Assembly (NCBI GenBank): GCA_964016885.1
Contig: OZ024743.1
Coordinates: forward strand, 356,004,001-356,068,000
From: Eledone cirrhosa
Lineage: Eukaryota
Length of the DNA: 64,000 nt
Direction of reading: 5' to 3'
Part shown: piece by piece, positions 50,701 to 64,000 of the stretch
How positions within the stretch are numbered: the stretch's first letter is position 1
Layout: every line of letters begins with the position of its first letter
Translations under genes and position numbers: made by a program
Notes under the pieces: model-generated
Told to the model about the DNA's origin: nothing
The model's database searches: none
The model's input: only the letters and a program-made list of their open reading frames with translations

Positions 50701-53700
50701 GGTGGTGGTGGAGGGTGACAATGCTAACTGTGTGGTGGTGGTGGTGGTGGAGGGTGACAATGCTAACTGTGTGGTGGTGGTGGTGGTGGAGGGTGACAAT
50801 GGTAACTGTGTGGTGGTGGTGGTAGTGGTGGAGGGTGACAATGGTAACTGTGTAATGGTGGTGGTGGTGGTGGTGGGTGACAATGCTAACTGTGTAATGG
50901 TGGTGGTGGTGGTGGTGGGTGACAATGGTAACTGTGTGGTGGTGGTGGTAGTGGTGGAGGGTGACAATGGTAACTGTGTAATGGTGGTGGTGGTGGTGGA
51001 GGGTGACAATGCTAACTGTGTAATGGTGGTGGTGGTGGGTGACAATAGTAACTGTGTAATGGTGGTGGTGGTGGTGGAGGGTAACAATGCTAACTGTGTA
51101 ATGGTGGTGGTGGTGGTGGTGGGTGACAATGGTAACTGTGAAATGGTGGTGGTGGTGGTGGGTGACAATGGTAACTGTGTAATGGTGGTGGTGGTGGAGG
51201 GTGACAATGCTAACTGTGTAATGGTGGTGGTGGTGGTGGTGGGTGACAATGGTAACTCTGAAATGGTGGTGGTGGTGGTGGGTGACAATGGTAACTGTGT
51301 AATGGTGGTGGTGGTGGTGGGTGACAATACTAACTGTGTAATGGTGATGGTGGTGGTGGAGGGTGACACTGCTAACTGTGTAATGGTGGTGGTGGTGGAG
51401 GGTGACAATGGTAATTGTGTAATGGTGGTGGAGGGTGACAATGGTAATTGTGTAATGGTGGTGGAGGGTGACACTGCTAACTGTGTAATGGTGGTGGTGG
51501 TGGTGGTGGGTGACAATGGTAACTGTGTGGTGGTGGTGGTAGTGGTGGAGGGTGACAATGGTAACTGTGTAATGGTGGTGGTGGTGGTGGACAATGCTAA
51601 CTGTGTAATGGTGGTGGTGGTGGGTGACAATAGTAACTGTGTAATGGTGGTGGAGGGTAACAATGCTAACTGTGTAATGGTTGTGGTGGTGGGTGACAAT
51701 GGTAACTGTGTAATGGTGGTGGTGGTGATGGGTGACAATGCTAACTGTGTAATGGTGGTGGTGGTGGAGGGTGACAATGCTAACTGTGTAATGGTGGTGG
51801 TGGTGGAGGGTGACAATGGTAACTGTGTAATGGTGGTGGTGGTGGTGGTGGTGGTGGTGGGTGACAATGGTAACTGTGTAATGGTGGTGGTGGTGGTGGT
51901 GGGTGACAATGGTAACTGTGTAATGGTGGTGGTGGTGGAGGGTGACAATGGTAACTGTGTAATGGTGGTGGTGGTGGTGGTGGTGGTGGGTCACAATGGT
52001 AACTGTGTAATGGTGGTGGTGGTGGTGGTGGGTGACAATGGTAACTGTGTAATGGTGGTGGTGGTGGAGGGTGACAATGGTAACTGTGTAATGGTGGTGG
52101 TGGTGGAGGGTGACACTGCTAACTGTGTCATGGTGGTGGAGGGTGACAATGCTAACTGTGTAATGGTGGTGGTGGTGGAGGGTGACAATACTAACTGTGT
52201 AATGGTGGTGGTGGTGGAGGGTGACAATGCTAACTGTGTAATGGTGGTGATGGTGGAGGGTGACAATACTAACTGTGTAATGGTGGTGGTGGTGGAGGGT
52301 GATAATGCTAACTGTGTCATGGTGGTGGAGGGTGACAATGCTAACTGTGTAATGGTGGTGGTGGTGGAGGGTGACAATGCTAACTGTGTAATGGTGGTGG
52401 TGGTGGAGGGTGACAATACTAACTGTGTAATGGTGGTGGTGGTGGAGGGTGACAATGCTAACTGTGTGGTGGTGGTGGTGGTGGAGGGTGACAATACTAA
52501 CTGTGTAATGGTGGTGGTGGTGGAGGGTGACAATGGTAACTGTGTAATGGTGGTGGTGGTGGTGGAGGGTGACAATGGTAACTGTGTAATGGTGGTGGTG
52601 GTGGTGGAGGGTGACAATGGTAACTGTGTAATGGTGGTGGTGGTGGTGGGTGACAATGCTAACTGTGTAATGGTGGTGGTGGTGGAGGGTGACAATGGTA
52701 ACTGTGTAATGGTGGTGGTGGTGGAGGGTGACAATGGTAACTGTGTAGTGGTGGTGGTGGTGGTGGAGGGTGACAATGGTAACTGTGTAGTGGTGGTGGT
52801 GGGTGACAATGCTAACTGTGTAATGGTGGTGGTGTGGAGGGTGACAATGGTAACTGTGTAATGGTGGTGGTGGTGGTGGAGGGTGACAATGGTAACTGTG
52901 TAGTGGTGGTGGTGGGTGACAATGCTAACTGTGTAATGGTGGTGGTGTGGAGGGTGATAATGGTAACTGTGTAATGGTGGTGGTGGGTGACAATGCTAAC
53001 TGTGTGGTGGTGGTGGTGGTGGAGGGTGACAATGGTAACTGTGTGGTGGTGGTGGTGGTGGAGGGTGACAATGGTAACTGTGTAATGGTGGTGGTGGTGG
53101 TGGAGGGTGACAATGCTAACTGTGTGGTGGTGGTGGTGGTGGAGGGTGACAATGCTAACTGTGTAATGGTGGTGGTGGTGGAGGGTGACAATGGTAACTG
53201 TGTAATGGTGGTGGTGGTGGTGGAGGGTGACAATGGTAACTGTGTAATGGTGGTGGTGGTGGTGGAGGGTGACAATGCTAACTGTGTAATGGTGGTGGTG
53301 GTGGAGGGTGACAATGGTAACTGTGTAATGGTGGTGGAGGTGGGTGACAATGCTAACTGTGTAATGGTGGTGGTGGTGGAGGGTGACAATACTAACTGTG
53401 TAATGGTGGTGGTGGTGGAGGGTGACAATGGTAACTGTGTAATGGTGGTGGTGGTGGTGGAGGGTGACAATGGTAACTGTGTAATGGTGGTGGTGGAGGG
53501 TGACAATGGTAACTGTGTAATGGTGGTGGTGGTGGTGGGTGACAATGCTAACTGTGTAATGGTGGTGGTGGTGGAGGGTGACAATGGTAACTGTGTAATG
53601 GTGGTGGTGGTGGAGGGTGACAATGCTAACTGTGTAATGGTGGTGGTGGTGGTGGTGGAGGGTGACAATGGTAACTGTGTAGTGGTGGTGGTGGGTGACA

Positions 53701-56700
53701 ATGCTAACTGTGTAATGGTGGTGGTGTGGAGGGTGACAATGGTAACTGTGTAATGGTGGTGGTGGGTGACAATGCTAACTGTGTGGTGGTGGTGGTGGTG
53801 GAGGGTGACAATGGTAACTGTGTGGTGGTGGTGGTGGTGGAGGGTGACAATGGTAACTGTGTAATGGTGGTGGTGGTGGTGGAGGGTGACAATGCTAACT
53901 GTGTGGTGGTGGTGGTGGTGGAGGGTGACAATGCTAACTGTGTAATGGTGGTGGTGGTGGAGGGTGACAATGGTAACTGTGTGGTGGTGGTGGTGGTGGT
54001 GGTGGGTGACAATGCTAACTGTGTAATGGTGGTGGTGGTGGTGGTGGGTGAAAATGCTAACTGTTTAATGGTGGTGGTGGTGGTGGAGGGTGATAATGGT
54101 AACTGTGTAATGGTGGTGGTGGTGGTGGTGGTGGGTGACAATGCTAACTGTGTAATGGTGGTGGTGGTGGTGGAGGGTGACAATGGTAACTGTGAAATGG
54201 TGGTGGTGGTGGAGGGTGACAATGGTAACTGTGTAATGGTGGTGGTGGTGGAGGGTGACAATGGTAACTGTGTAATGGTGGTGGTGGTGGAGGTGGGTGA
54301 CAATGGTAACTGTGTAATGGTGGTGGTGGTGGTGGTGGGTGACAATGGTAACTGTGTAATGGTGGTGGTGGTGGTGGTGGGTGACAATGCTAACTGTGTA
54401 ATGGTGGTGGTGTTGGGTGACAATGGTAACTGTGTGGTGGTGGTGGTAGTGGTGGAGGGTGACAATGGTAACTGTGTAATGGTGGTGGTGGTGGTGGTGG
54501 GTGACAATGCTAACTGTGTAATGGTGGTGGTGGTGGAGGTGGGTGACAATGGTAACTGTGTAATGGTGGTGGTGGTGGTGGTGGGTGACAATGGTAACTG
54601 TGTAATGGTGGTGGTGGTGGTGGTGGGTGACAATGCTAACTGTGTAATGGTGGTGGTGGTGGGTGACAATGGTAACTGTGTGGTGGTGGTGGTAGTGGTG
54701 GAGGGTGACAATGGTAACTGTGTGGTGGTGGTGGAGGGTGACAATGCTAACTGTGTGGTGGTGGTGGTGGTGGAGGGTGACAATGCTAACTGTGTGCTGG
54801 TGGTGGTGGTGGAGGGTGACAATGGTAACTGTGTGGTGGTGGTGGTAGTGGTGGAGGGTGACAATGGTAAATGTGTAATGGTGGTGGTGGTGGAGGGTGA
54901 CAATGCTAACTGTGTAATGGTGGTGGTGGTGGTGGTGGTGGTGGGTGACAATGGTAACTGAAATGGTGGTGGTGGGTGACAATGGTAACTGTGTAATGGT
55001 GGTGGTGGTGGTGGGTGACAATACTAACTGTGTAATGGTGATGGTGGTGGTGGAGGGTGACACTGCTAACTGTGTAATGGTGGTGGAGTGTGACAATGGT
55101 AACTGTGTAATGGTGGTGGTGGTGGTGGAGTGTGACAATGGTAACTGTGTAATGGTGGTGGTGGTGGAGGGTGACAATGCTAACTGTGTAATGGTGGTGG
55201 TGGGTGACAATGGTAACTGTGTAATGGTGGTGGTGGTGGAGGGTGACAATGCTAACTGTGTAATGGTGGTGGTGGTGGTGGTGGAGGGTGACAATGGTAA
55301 CTGTGTAATGGTGGTGGTGGTGGAGGGTGACAATGGTAACTGTGTAATGGTGGTGGTGGTGGTGGTGGAGGGTGACAATGGTAACTGTGTAATGGTGGTG
55401 GTGGTGGGTGACAATGGTAACTGTGTAATGGTGGTGGTGGTGGAGGGTGACAATGGTAACTGTGTAATGGTGGTGGTGGTGGTGGTGGGTGACAATGGTA
55501 ACTGTGTAATGATGGTGGTGGTGGAGGGTGACAATGGTAACTGTGTAATGGTGGTGGTGGTGGAGGGTGACAATGCTAACTGTGTAATGGTGGTGGTGGT
55601 GGAGGGTGACAATGGTAACTGTGTAATGGTGGTGGTGGTGGTGGTGGGTGACAATGGTAACTGTGTAATGGTGGTGGTGGTGGTGGAGGGTGACAATGGT
55701 AACTGTGTAATGGTGGTGGTGGTGGAGGTGGGTGACAATGGTAACTGTGTAATGGTGGTGGTGGGTGACAATGGTAACTGTGTAATGGTGGTGGTGGTGG
55801 TGGTGGGTGACAATGCTAACTGTGTAATGGTGGTGGTGGTGGTGGGTGACAATGGTAACTGTGTGGTGGTGGTGGTAGTGGTGGAGGGTGACAATGGTAA
55901 CTGTGTAATGGTGGTGGTGGTGGGTGACAATGCTAACTGTGTAATGGTGGTGGTAGTGGTGGAGGGTGACAATGGTAACTGTGTAATGGTGGTGGTGGTG
56001 GAGGGTGACAATGTTAACTGTGTAATGGTGGTGGTGGTGGTGGTGGGTGACAATGGTAACTGTGTGGTGGTGGTGGTAGTGGTGGAGGGTGACAATGGTA
56101 ACTGTGTAATGGTGGTGGTGATGGGTGACAATGCTAACTGTGTAATGGTGGTGGTGGTGGTGGTGGGTGACAATGGTAACTGTGTGGTGGTGGTGGTAGT
56201 GGTGGAGGGTGACAATGGTAACTGTGTAATGGTGGTGGTGGTGGGTGACAATGGTAACTGTGTAATGGTGGTGGTGGTGGAGGGTGACAATGCTAACTGT
56301 GTAATGGTGGTGGTGGTGGTGGTGGGTGACAATGGTAACTGTGTGGTGGTGGTGGTAGTGGTGGAGGGTGACAATGGTAACTGTGTGGTGGTGGTGGAGG
56401 GTGACAATGCTAACTGTGTGGTGGTGGTGGAGGGTGACAATGGTAACTGTGTGGTGGTGGTGGTAGTGGTGGAGGGTGACAATGGTAACTGTGTAATGGT
56501 GGTGGTGGTGGTGGTGGGTGACAATGATAACTGTGTAATGGTGGTGGTGGTGGGTGACAATGGTAACTGGGTGGTGGTGGTGGTAGTGGTGGAGGGTGAC
56601 AATGGTAACTGTGTAATGGTGGTGGTGGTGGTGGAGGGTGACAATGCTAACTGTGTAATGGTGGTGGTGGTGGGTGACAATAGTAACTGTGTAATGGTGG

Positions 56701-59700
56701 TGGTGGTGGTGGAGGGTAACAATGCTAACTGTGTAATGGTGGTGGTGGTGGTAGTGGTGGGTGACAATGGTAACTGTGAAATGGTGGTGGTGGTGGTGGG
56801 TGACAATGGTAACTGTGTAATGGTGGTGGTGGTGGAGGGTGACAATGCTAACTGTGTAATGGTGGTGGTGGTGGTGGTGGTGGGTGACAATGGTAACTGT
56901 GAAATGGTGGTGGTGGGTGACAATGGTAACTGTGTAATGGTGGTGGTGGTGGTGGGTGACAATACTAACTGTGTAATGGTGATGGTGGTGGTGGAGGGTG
57001 ACACTGCTAACTGTGTAATGGTGGTGGAGGGTGACAATGGTAATTGTGTAATGGTGGTGGAGGGTGACAATGGTAATTGTGTAATGGTGGTGGAGGGTGA
57101 CACTGCTAACTGTGTAATGGTGGTGGTGGTGGAGTGTGACAATGGTAACTGTGTAATGGTGGTGGTGGTGGAGGGTGACAATGCTAACTGTGTAATGGTG
57201 GTGGTGGTGGAGGGTGACAATGCTAACTGTGTAATGGTGGTGGAGGGTGACAATGGTAACTGTGTAATGGTGGTTGTGGTGGTGGTGGGTGACAATGGTA
57301 ACTGTGTGGTGGTGGTGGGTGACAATGGTAACTGTGTGGTGGTGGGGGTGGTGGTGGGTGACAATGGTAACTGTGTAATGGTGGTGGTGGTCGTGGAGGG
57401 TGACAATGGTAACTGTGTAATGGTGGTGGTGGTGGAGGGTGACAATGGTAACTGTGTAATGGTGGTGGTGGAGGGTGACAATGCTAACTGTGTGGTGGTG
57501 GTGGTGGTGGTGGGTGACAATGCTAACTGTGTAATGGTGGTGGTGGTGGTGGAGGGTGACAATGCTAACTGTGTAATGGTGGTGGTGGTGGAGGGTGATA
57601 ATGCTAACTGTGTAATGGTGGTGGTGGTGGTCGTGGAGGGTGACAATGCTAACTGTGTAATGGTGGTGGTGGTGGTGGAGGGTGACAATGCTAACTGAGT
57701 AATGGTGGTAGTGGTGGAGGGTGACACTGCTAACTGTGTAATGGTGGTGGTGGTGGTGGAGGGTGACAATGATTAACTGTGTAATGGTGGTGGTGGTGGA
57801 GGGTGACACTGCTAACTGTGTAATGGTGGTGGAGGGTGACAATGCTAACTGTGTAATGGTGGTGGTGGTGGTGGAGGGTGACAATGGTAACTGTGTAATG
57901 GTGGTGGTGGTGGTGGAGGGTGACAATGGTAACTGTGTAATGGTGGTGGTGGTGGTGGAGGGTGACACTGCTAACTGTGTAATGGTGGTGGTGGTGGTGG
58001 TGTAGGGTGACAATGGTAACTGTGTAATGGTGGTGGTGGTGGTGGAGGGTGACAATGGTAACTGTGTAATGGTGGTGGTGGTGGTGGTGGGTGACAATGC
58101 TAACTGTGTAATGGTGGTGGTGGTGGTGGTGGAGGGTGACACTGCTAACTGTGTAATGGTGGTGGTGGTGGTGGAGGGTGACAATGGTAACTGTGTAATG
58201 GTGGTGGTGGTGGAGGGTGACACTGCTAACTGTGTAGTGGTGGTGGTGGTGGAGGGTGACAATGGTAACTGTGTAATGGTGGTGGTGGTGGTGGAGGGTG
58301 ACACTGCTAACTGTGTAATGGTGGTGGAGGGTGACAATGCTAACTGTGTAATGGTGGTGGTGGTGGAGGGTGATACTGCTAACTGTGTAATGGTGGTGGT
58401 GGTGGAGGGTGACACTGCTAACTGTGTAATGGTGGTGGAGGGTGACAATGCTAACTGTGTAATGGTGGTGGTGGTGGAGGGTGACACTGCTAACTGTGTA
58501 GTGGTGGTGGTGGTGGAGAGTGACACTGCTAACTGTGTAGTGGTGGTGGTGGAGGGTGACAATGGTAACTGTGTAATGGTGGTGGTGGTGGAGGGTGACA
58601 CTGCTAACTGTGTAGTGGTGGTGGTGGTGGAGGGTGACAATGGTAACTGTGTAATGGTGGTGGTGGTGGAGGGTGACACTGTTAACTGTGTAATGGTGGT
58701 GGAGGGTGAAAATGCTAACTGTGTAATGGTGGTGGTGGTGGAGGGTGACACTGCTAACTGTGTAATGGTGGTGGTGGAGGGTGACAATGGTAACTGTGTA
58801 ATGGTGGTGGTGGTGGAGGGTGACACTGCTAACTGTGTAATGGTGGTGGTGGTGGTGGAGGGTGACACTGCTAACTGTGTAATGGTGGTGGTGGTGGAGG
58901 GTGACAATGGTAACTGTGTAATGGTGGTGTTGGTGGTGGAGGGTGACAATGCTAACTGTGTAATGGTGGTGGTGGTGGTGGAGGGTGACAATGGTAACTG
59001 TGTAGTGGTGGTGGTGGAGGGTGACAATGCTAACTGTGTAATGGTGGTGGTGGTGGGTGACAATGGTAACTGTGTGGTGGTGGTGGTGGTGGTGGTGGAG
59101 GGTGACAACGGTAACTGTGTGGTGGTGGTGGAGGGTGACAACGGTAACTGTGTAATGGTGGTGGAGGGTGATAATGGTAACTGTGTAATGGTGGTGGTGG
59201 GTGACAATGGTAACTGTGTAATGGTGGTGGTGGTGGAGGGTGACAATGCTAACTGTGTAATGGTGGTGGTGGTGGTGGTGGAGGGTGACAATGGTAACTG
59301 TGTGGTGGTGGTGGTGGTGGAGGGTGACAATGCTAACTGTGTAATGGTGGTGGTGGAGGGTGACAATGCTAACTGTGTAATGGTGGTGGTGGTGGAGGGT
59401 GACAATGGTAACTGTGTAATGGTGGTGGTGGAGGGTGACAATGCTAACTGTGTAATGGTGGTGGAGGGTGACAATGGTAACTGTGTAATGGTGGTGGTGG
59501 TGGAGGGTGACAATGCTAACTGTGTAATGGTGGTGGTGGTGGAGGGTGACAATGGTAACTGTGTAATGGTGGTGGTGGTGGAGGGTGACAATGGTAACTG
59601 TGTAATGGTGGTGGTGGTGGTGGAGGGTGACAATACTAACTGTGTAATGGTGGTGGTGGTGGAGGGTGACAATGGTAACTCTGTAATGGTGGTGGTGGTG

Positions 59701-62700
59701 GAGGGTGACAATGCTAACTGTGTAATGGTGGTGGTGGTGGAGGGTGACAATGCTAACTGTGTAATGGTGGTGGTGGGTGACAATGGTAACTGTGTAATGG
59801 TGGTGGTGGTGGAGGGTGACAATGCTAACTGTGTAATGGTGGTGGTGGTGGAGGGTGACAATGGTAACTGTGTAATGGTGGTGGTGGTGGTGGAGGGTGA
59901 CAATGGTAACTGTGTAATGGTGGTGGTGGTGGTGGGTGACAATGGTAACTGTGAAATGGTGGTGGTGGTGGAGGGTGACAATGGTAACTGTGTAATGGTG
60001 GTGGTGGAGGGTGACAATGCTAACTGTGTAATGGTGGTGGTGGTGGAGGGTGACAATGCTAACTGTGTAATGGTGGTGGTGGTGGAGGGTGACAATGGTA
60101 ACTGTGTAATGGTGGTGGTGGTGGTGGGTGACAATGGTAACTGTGAAATGGTGGTGGTGGTGGTGGTGGTTGGTGACAATGGTAACTGTGAAATGGTGGT
60201 GGTGGTGGAGGGTGACAATGGTAACTGTGTAATGGTGGTGGTGGTGGTGGTGGGTGACAATGGTAACTGTGTAATGGTGGTGGTGGTGGGTGACAATGGT
60301 AACTGTGAAATGGTGGTGGTGGTTGAGGGTGACAATGGTAACTGTGTAATGGTGGTGGTGGTGGGTGACAATGGTAACTGTGAAATGGTGGTGGTGGTGG
60401 AGGGTGACAATGGTAACTGTGAAATGGTGGTGGTGGTGGTGAGGGTGACAATGGTAACTGTGTAATGGTGGTGGAGGGTGAAAATGCTAACTGTGTAATG
60501 GTGGTGGTGGTGGAGGGTGACACTGCTAACTGTGTAATGGTGGTGGTGGAGGGTGACAATGGTAACTGTGTAATGGTGGTGGTGGTGGAGGGTGACACTG
60601 CTAACTGTGTAATGGTGGTGGTGGAGGGTGACACTGCTAACTGTGTAATGGTGGTGGTGGTGGAGGGTGACAATGGTAACTGTGTAATGGTGGTGTTGGT
60701 GGTGGAAGGTGACAATGCTAACTGTGTAATGGTGGTGGTGGTGGTGGAGGGTGACAATGGTAACTGTGTAGTGGTGGTGCTGGTGGGTGACAATGGTAAC
60801 TGTGTGGTGGTGGTGGTGGTGGAGGGTGACAACGGTAACTGTGTGGTGGTGGAGGTGGTGGAGGGTGACAACGGTAACTGTGTAATGGTGGTGGAGGGTG
60901 ATAATGGTAACTGTGTAATGGTGGTGGTGGTGGTGGGTGACAATGGTAACTGTGTAATGGTGGTGGTGGAGGGTGACAATGCTAACTGTGTAATGGTGGT
61001 GGTGGTGGAGGGTGACAATGCTAACTGTGTAATGGTGGTGGTGGTGGAGGGTGACAATGGTAACTGTGTAATGGTGGTGGTGGTGGTGGGTGACAATGGT
61101 AACTGTGAAATGGTGGTGGTGGTGGTGGTGGTTGGTGACAATGGTAACTGTGAAATGGTGGTGGTGGTGGAGGGTGACAATGGTAACTGTGTAATGGTGG
61201 TGGTGGTGGTGGTGGGTGACAATGGTAACTGTGTAATGGTGGTGGTGGTGGGTGACAATGGTAACTGTGAAATGGTGGTGGTGGTTGAGGGTGACAATGG
61301 TAACTGTGTAATGGTGGTGGTGGTGGGTGACAATGGTAACTGTGAAATGGTGGTGGTGGTGGAGGGTGACAATGGTAACTGTGAAATGGTGGTGGTGAGG
61401 GTGACAATGGTAACTGTGTAATGGTGGTGGAGGGTGAAAATGCTAACTGTGTAATGGTGGTGGTGGTGGAGGGTGACACTGCTAACTGTGTAATGGTGGT
61501 GGTGGAGGGTGACAATGGTAACTGTGTAATGGTGGTGGTGGTGGAGGGTGACACTGCTAACTGTGTAATGGTGGTGGTGGAGGGTGACACTGCTAACTGT
61601 GTAATGGTGGTGGTGGTGGAGGGTGACAATGGTAACTGTGTAATGGTGGTGTTGGTGGTGGAAGGTGACAATGCTAACTGTGTAATGGTGGTGGTGGTGG
61701 TGGAGGGTGACAATGGTAACTGTGTAGTGGTGGTGGTGGAGGGTGACAATGCTAACTGTGTAATGGTGGTGGTGGTGGGTGACAATGGTAACTGTGTGGT
61801 GGTGGTGGTGGTGGTGGTGGAGGGTGACAACGGTAACTGTGTGGTGGTGGTGGTGGTGGAGGGTGACAACGGTAACTGTGTAATGGTGGTGGAGGGTGAT
61901 AATGGTAACTGTGTAATGGTGGTGGTGGGTGACAATGGTAACTGTGTAATGGTGGTGGTGGTGGAGGGTGACAATGCTAACTGTGTAATGGTGGTGGTGG
62001 TGGAGGGTGACAATGGTAACTGTGTGGTGGTGGTGGTGGTGGAGGGTGACAATGCTAACTGTGTAATGGTGGTGGTGGAGGGTGACAATGCTAACTGTGT
62101 AATGGTGGTGGTGGTGGAGGGTGACAATGGTAACTGTGTAATGGTGGTGGTGGAGGGTGACAATGCTAACTGTGTAATGGTGGTGGAGGGTGACAATGGT
62201 AACTGTGTAATGGTGGTGGTGGTGGAGGGTGACAATGCTAACTGTGTAATGGTGGTGGTGGTGGAGGGTGACAATGGTAACTGTGTAATGGTGGTGGTGG
62301 TGGTGGAGGGTGACAATGGTAACTGTGTAATGGTGGTGGTGGTGGTGGGTGACAATGGTAACTGTGAAATGGTGGTGGTGGTGGAGGGTGACAATGGTAA
62401 CTGTGTAATGGTGGTGGTGGAGGGTGACAATGCTAACTGTGTAATGGTGGTGGTGGTGGAGGGTGACAATGCTAACTGTGTAATGGTGGTGGTGGTGGAG
62501 GGTGACAATGGTAACTGTGTAATGGTGGTGGTGGTGGTGGGTGACAATGGTAACTGTGAAATGGTGTTGGTGGTGGAGGATGACAATGGTAACTGTGTAA
62601 TGGTGGTGGTGGTGGTGGGTGACAATGCTAACTGTGTAATGGTGGTGGTGGTGGAGGGTGACAATGCTAACTGTGTAATGGTGGTGGTGGTGGAGGGTGA

Positions 62701-64000
62701 CAATGGTAACTGTGTAATGGTGGTGGTGGTGGTGGGTGACAATGGTAACTGTGAAATGGTGGTGGTGGTGGAGGGTGACAATGGTAACTGTGTAATGGTG
62801 GTGGTGGTGGGTGACAATGGTAACTGTGTAATGGTGGTGGTGGTGGTGGAGGGTGACAATGGTAACTGTGTAATGGTGGTGGTGGTGGTGGTGGGTGACA
62901 ATGGTAACTGTGAAATGGTGGTGGTGGTGGAAGGGTGACAATGGTAACTGTGTAATGGTGGTGGTGGTGGGTGACAATGGTAACTGTGTAATGGTGGTAG
63001 TGGTGGTGGTGGGTGACAATGGTAACTGTGAAATGGTGGTGGTGGTGGAGGGTGACAATGGTAACTGTGAAATGGCGGTGGTGGTGGTGGAGGGTGACAA
63101 TGGTAACTGTGTAATGGTGGTGGTGGTGGTGGAGGGTGACAATGGTAACTGTGTAATGGTGGTGATGGTGGGTGACAATGGTAACTGTGAAATGGTGGTG
63201 ATGGTGGAGGGTGACAATGGTAACTGTGAAATGGTGGTGGTGGTGGTGGAGGGTGACAATGGTAACTGTGTAATGGTGGTGGTGGGTGACAATGGTAACT
63301 GTGTGGTGGTGGTGGTGGAGGGTGACAATGGTAACTGTGTAATGGTGGTGGTGGTGGGTGACAATGGTAACTGTGTAATGGTGGTGGGTGACAATGGTAA
63401 CTGTGAAATGGTGGTGGTGGTGGAGGGTGACAATGGTAACTGTGTAATGGTGGTGGTGGTGGGTGACAATGGTAACTGTGTAATGGTGGTGGTGGTGGTG
63501 GTGGGTGACAATGCTAACTGTGTAATGGTGGTGGTGGTGGTGGTGGTTGGTGACAATGGTAACTGTGAAATGGTGGTGGTGGTGGAGGGTGACAATGGTA
63601 ACTGTGTAATGGTGGTGGTGGTGGTGGTGGGTGACAATGGTAACTGTGTAATGGTGGTGGTGGTGGGTGACAATGGTAACTGTGAAATGGTGGTGGTGGT
63701 GGAGGGTGACAATGGTAACTGTGTAATGGTGGTGGTGGAGGGTGACAATGGTAACTGTGTAATGGTGGTGGTGGTGGTGGTGGGTGACAATGGTAACTGT
63801 GAAATGGTGGTGGTGGTGGAGGGTGACAATGGTAACTGTGAAATGGTGGTGGTGGTGGTGAGGGTGACAATGGTAACTGTGTAATGGTGGTGGAGGGTGA
63901 CAATGGTAACTGTGTAATGGTGGTGGTGGGTGACAATGGTAACTGTGAAATGGTGGTGGTGGTGGAGGGTGACAATGGTAACTGTGTAATGGTGGTGGTG
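41740..64000 (+). repeat. Satellite 3: >22-kb array with an embedded variable (GGT)n microsatellite
   Basis: Unit [GAG]GGTGACAAT(G/A)(G/C)TAACTGT[GTAATG](GTG)n, typically 39 bp (range roughly 30-50). Continues past the window end. Confidence 0.98.

Noticed and set aside
41837-63975. Giant ORFs (up to 3674 aa) as protein-coding genes
   Set aside because: Pure tandem repeat, open in several frames on both strands, broken by frameshifts, no unique domains. Kept only as a low-probability finding.
27800-64000. CRISPR-like arrays
   Set aside because: No unique spacers, no cas genes, eukaryotic context; variable parts are only GGT counts and point variants.

Overview
Eukaryotic, AT-rich, repeat-dominated window with no supportable host protein-coding gene. 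The SINE, MITE and microsatellite repertoire resembles a cephalopod (octopus-like) genome; this is an inference from recalled repeat families, not a database result. Bases 1-27,400 are intergenic or intronic DNA packed with microsatellites, TTAA-flanked piggyBac-type MITEs (some nested), four SINE-type families, an RTE-clade LINE 3' fragment, several long hairpins, and seven hammerhead-ribozyme-like motifs (one with an intact catalytic core, 3256-3326 minus strand). Bases 27,800-64,000 hold three GT-rich tandem arrays: a 27-bp satellite with a ~4.1-kb higher-order duplication, a related 28/47-bp satellite with a 985-bp duplication, and a >22-kb GGT-variable satellite (~39-bp unit) running off the window end. 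The very long ORFs in the ORF track are most likely by-products of these satellites. Repeat boundaries were read by eye and are approximate unless a TSD or TIR is quoted.
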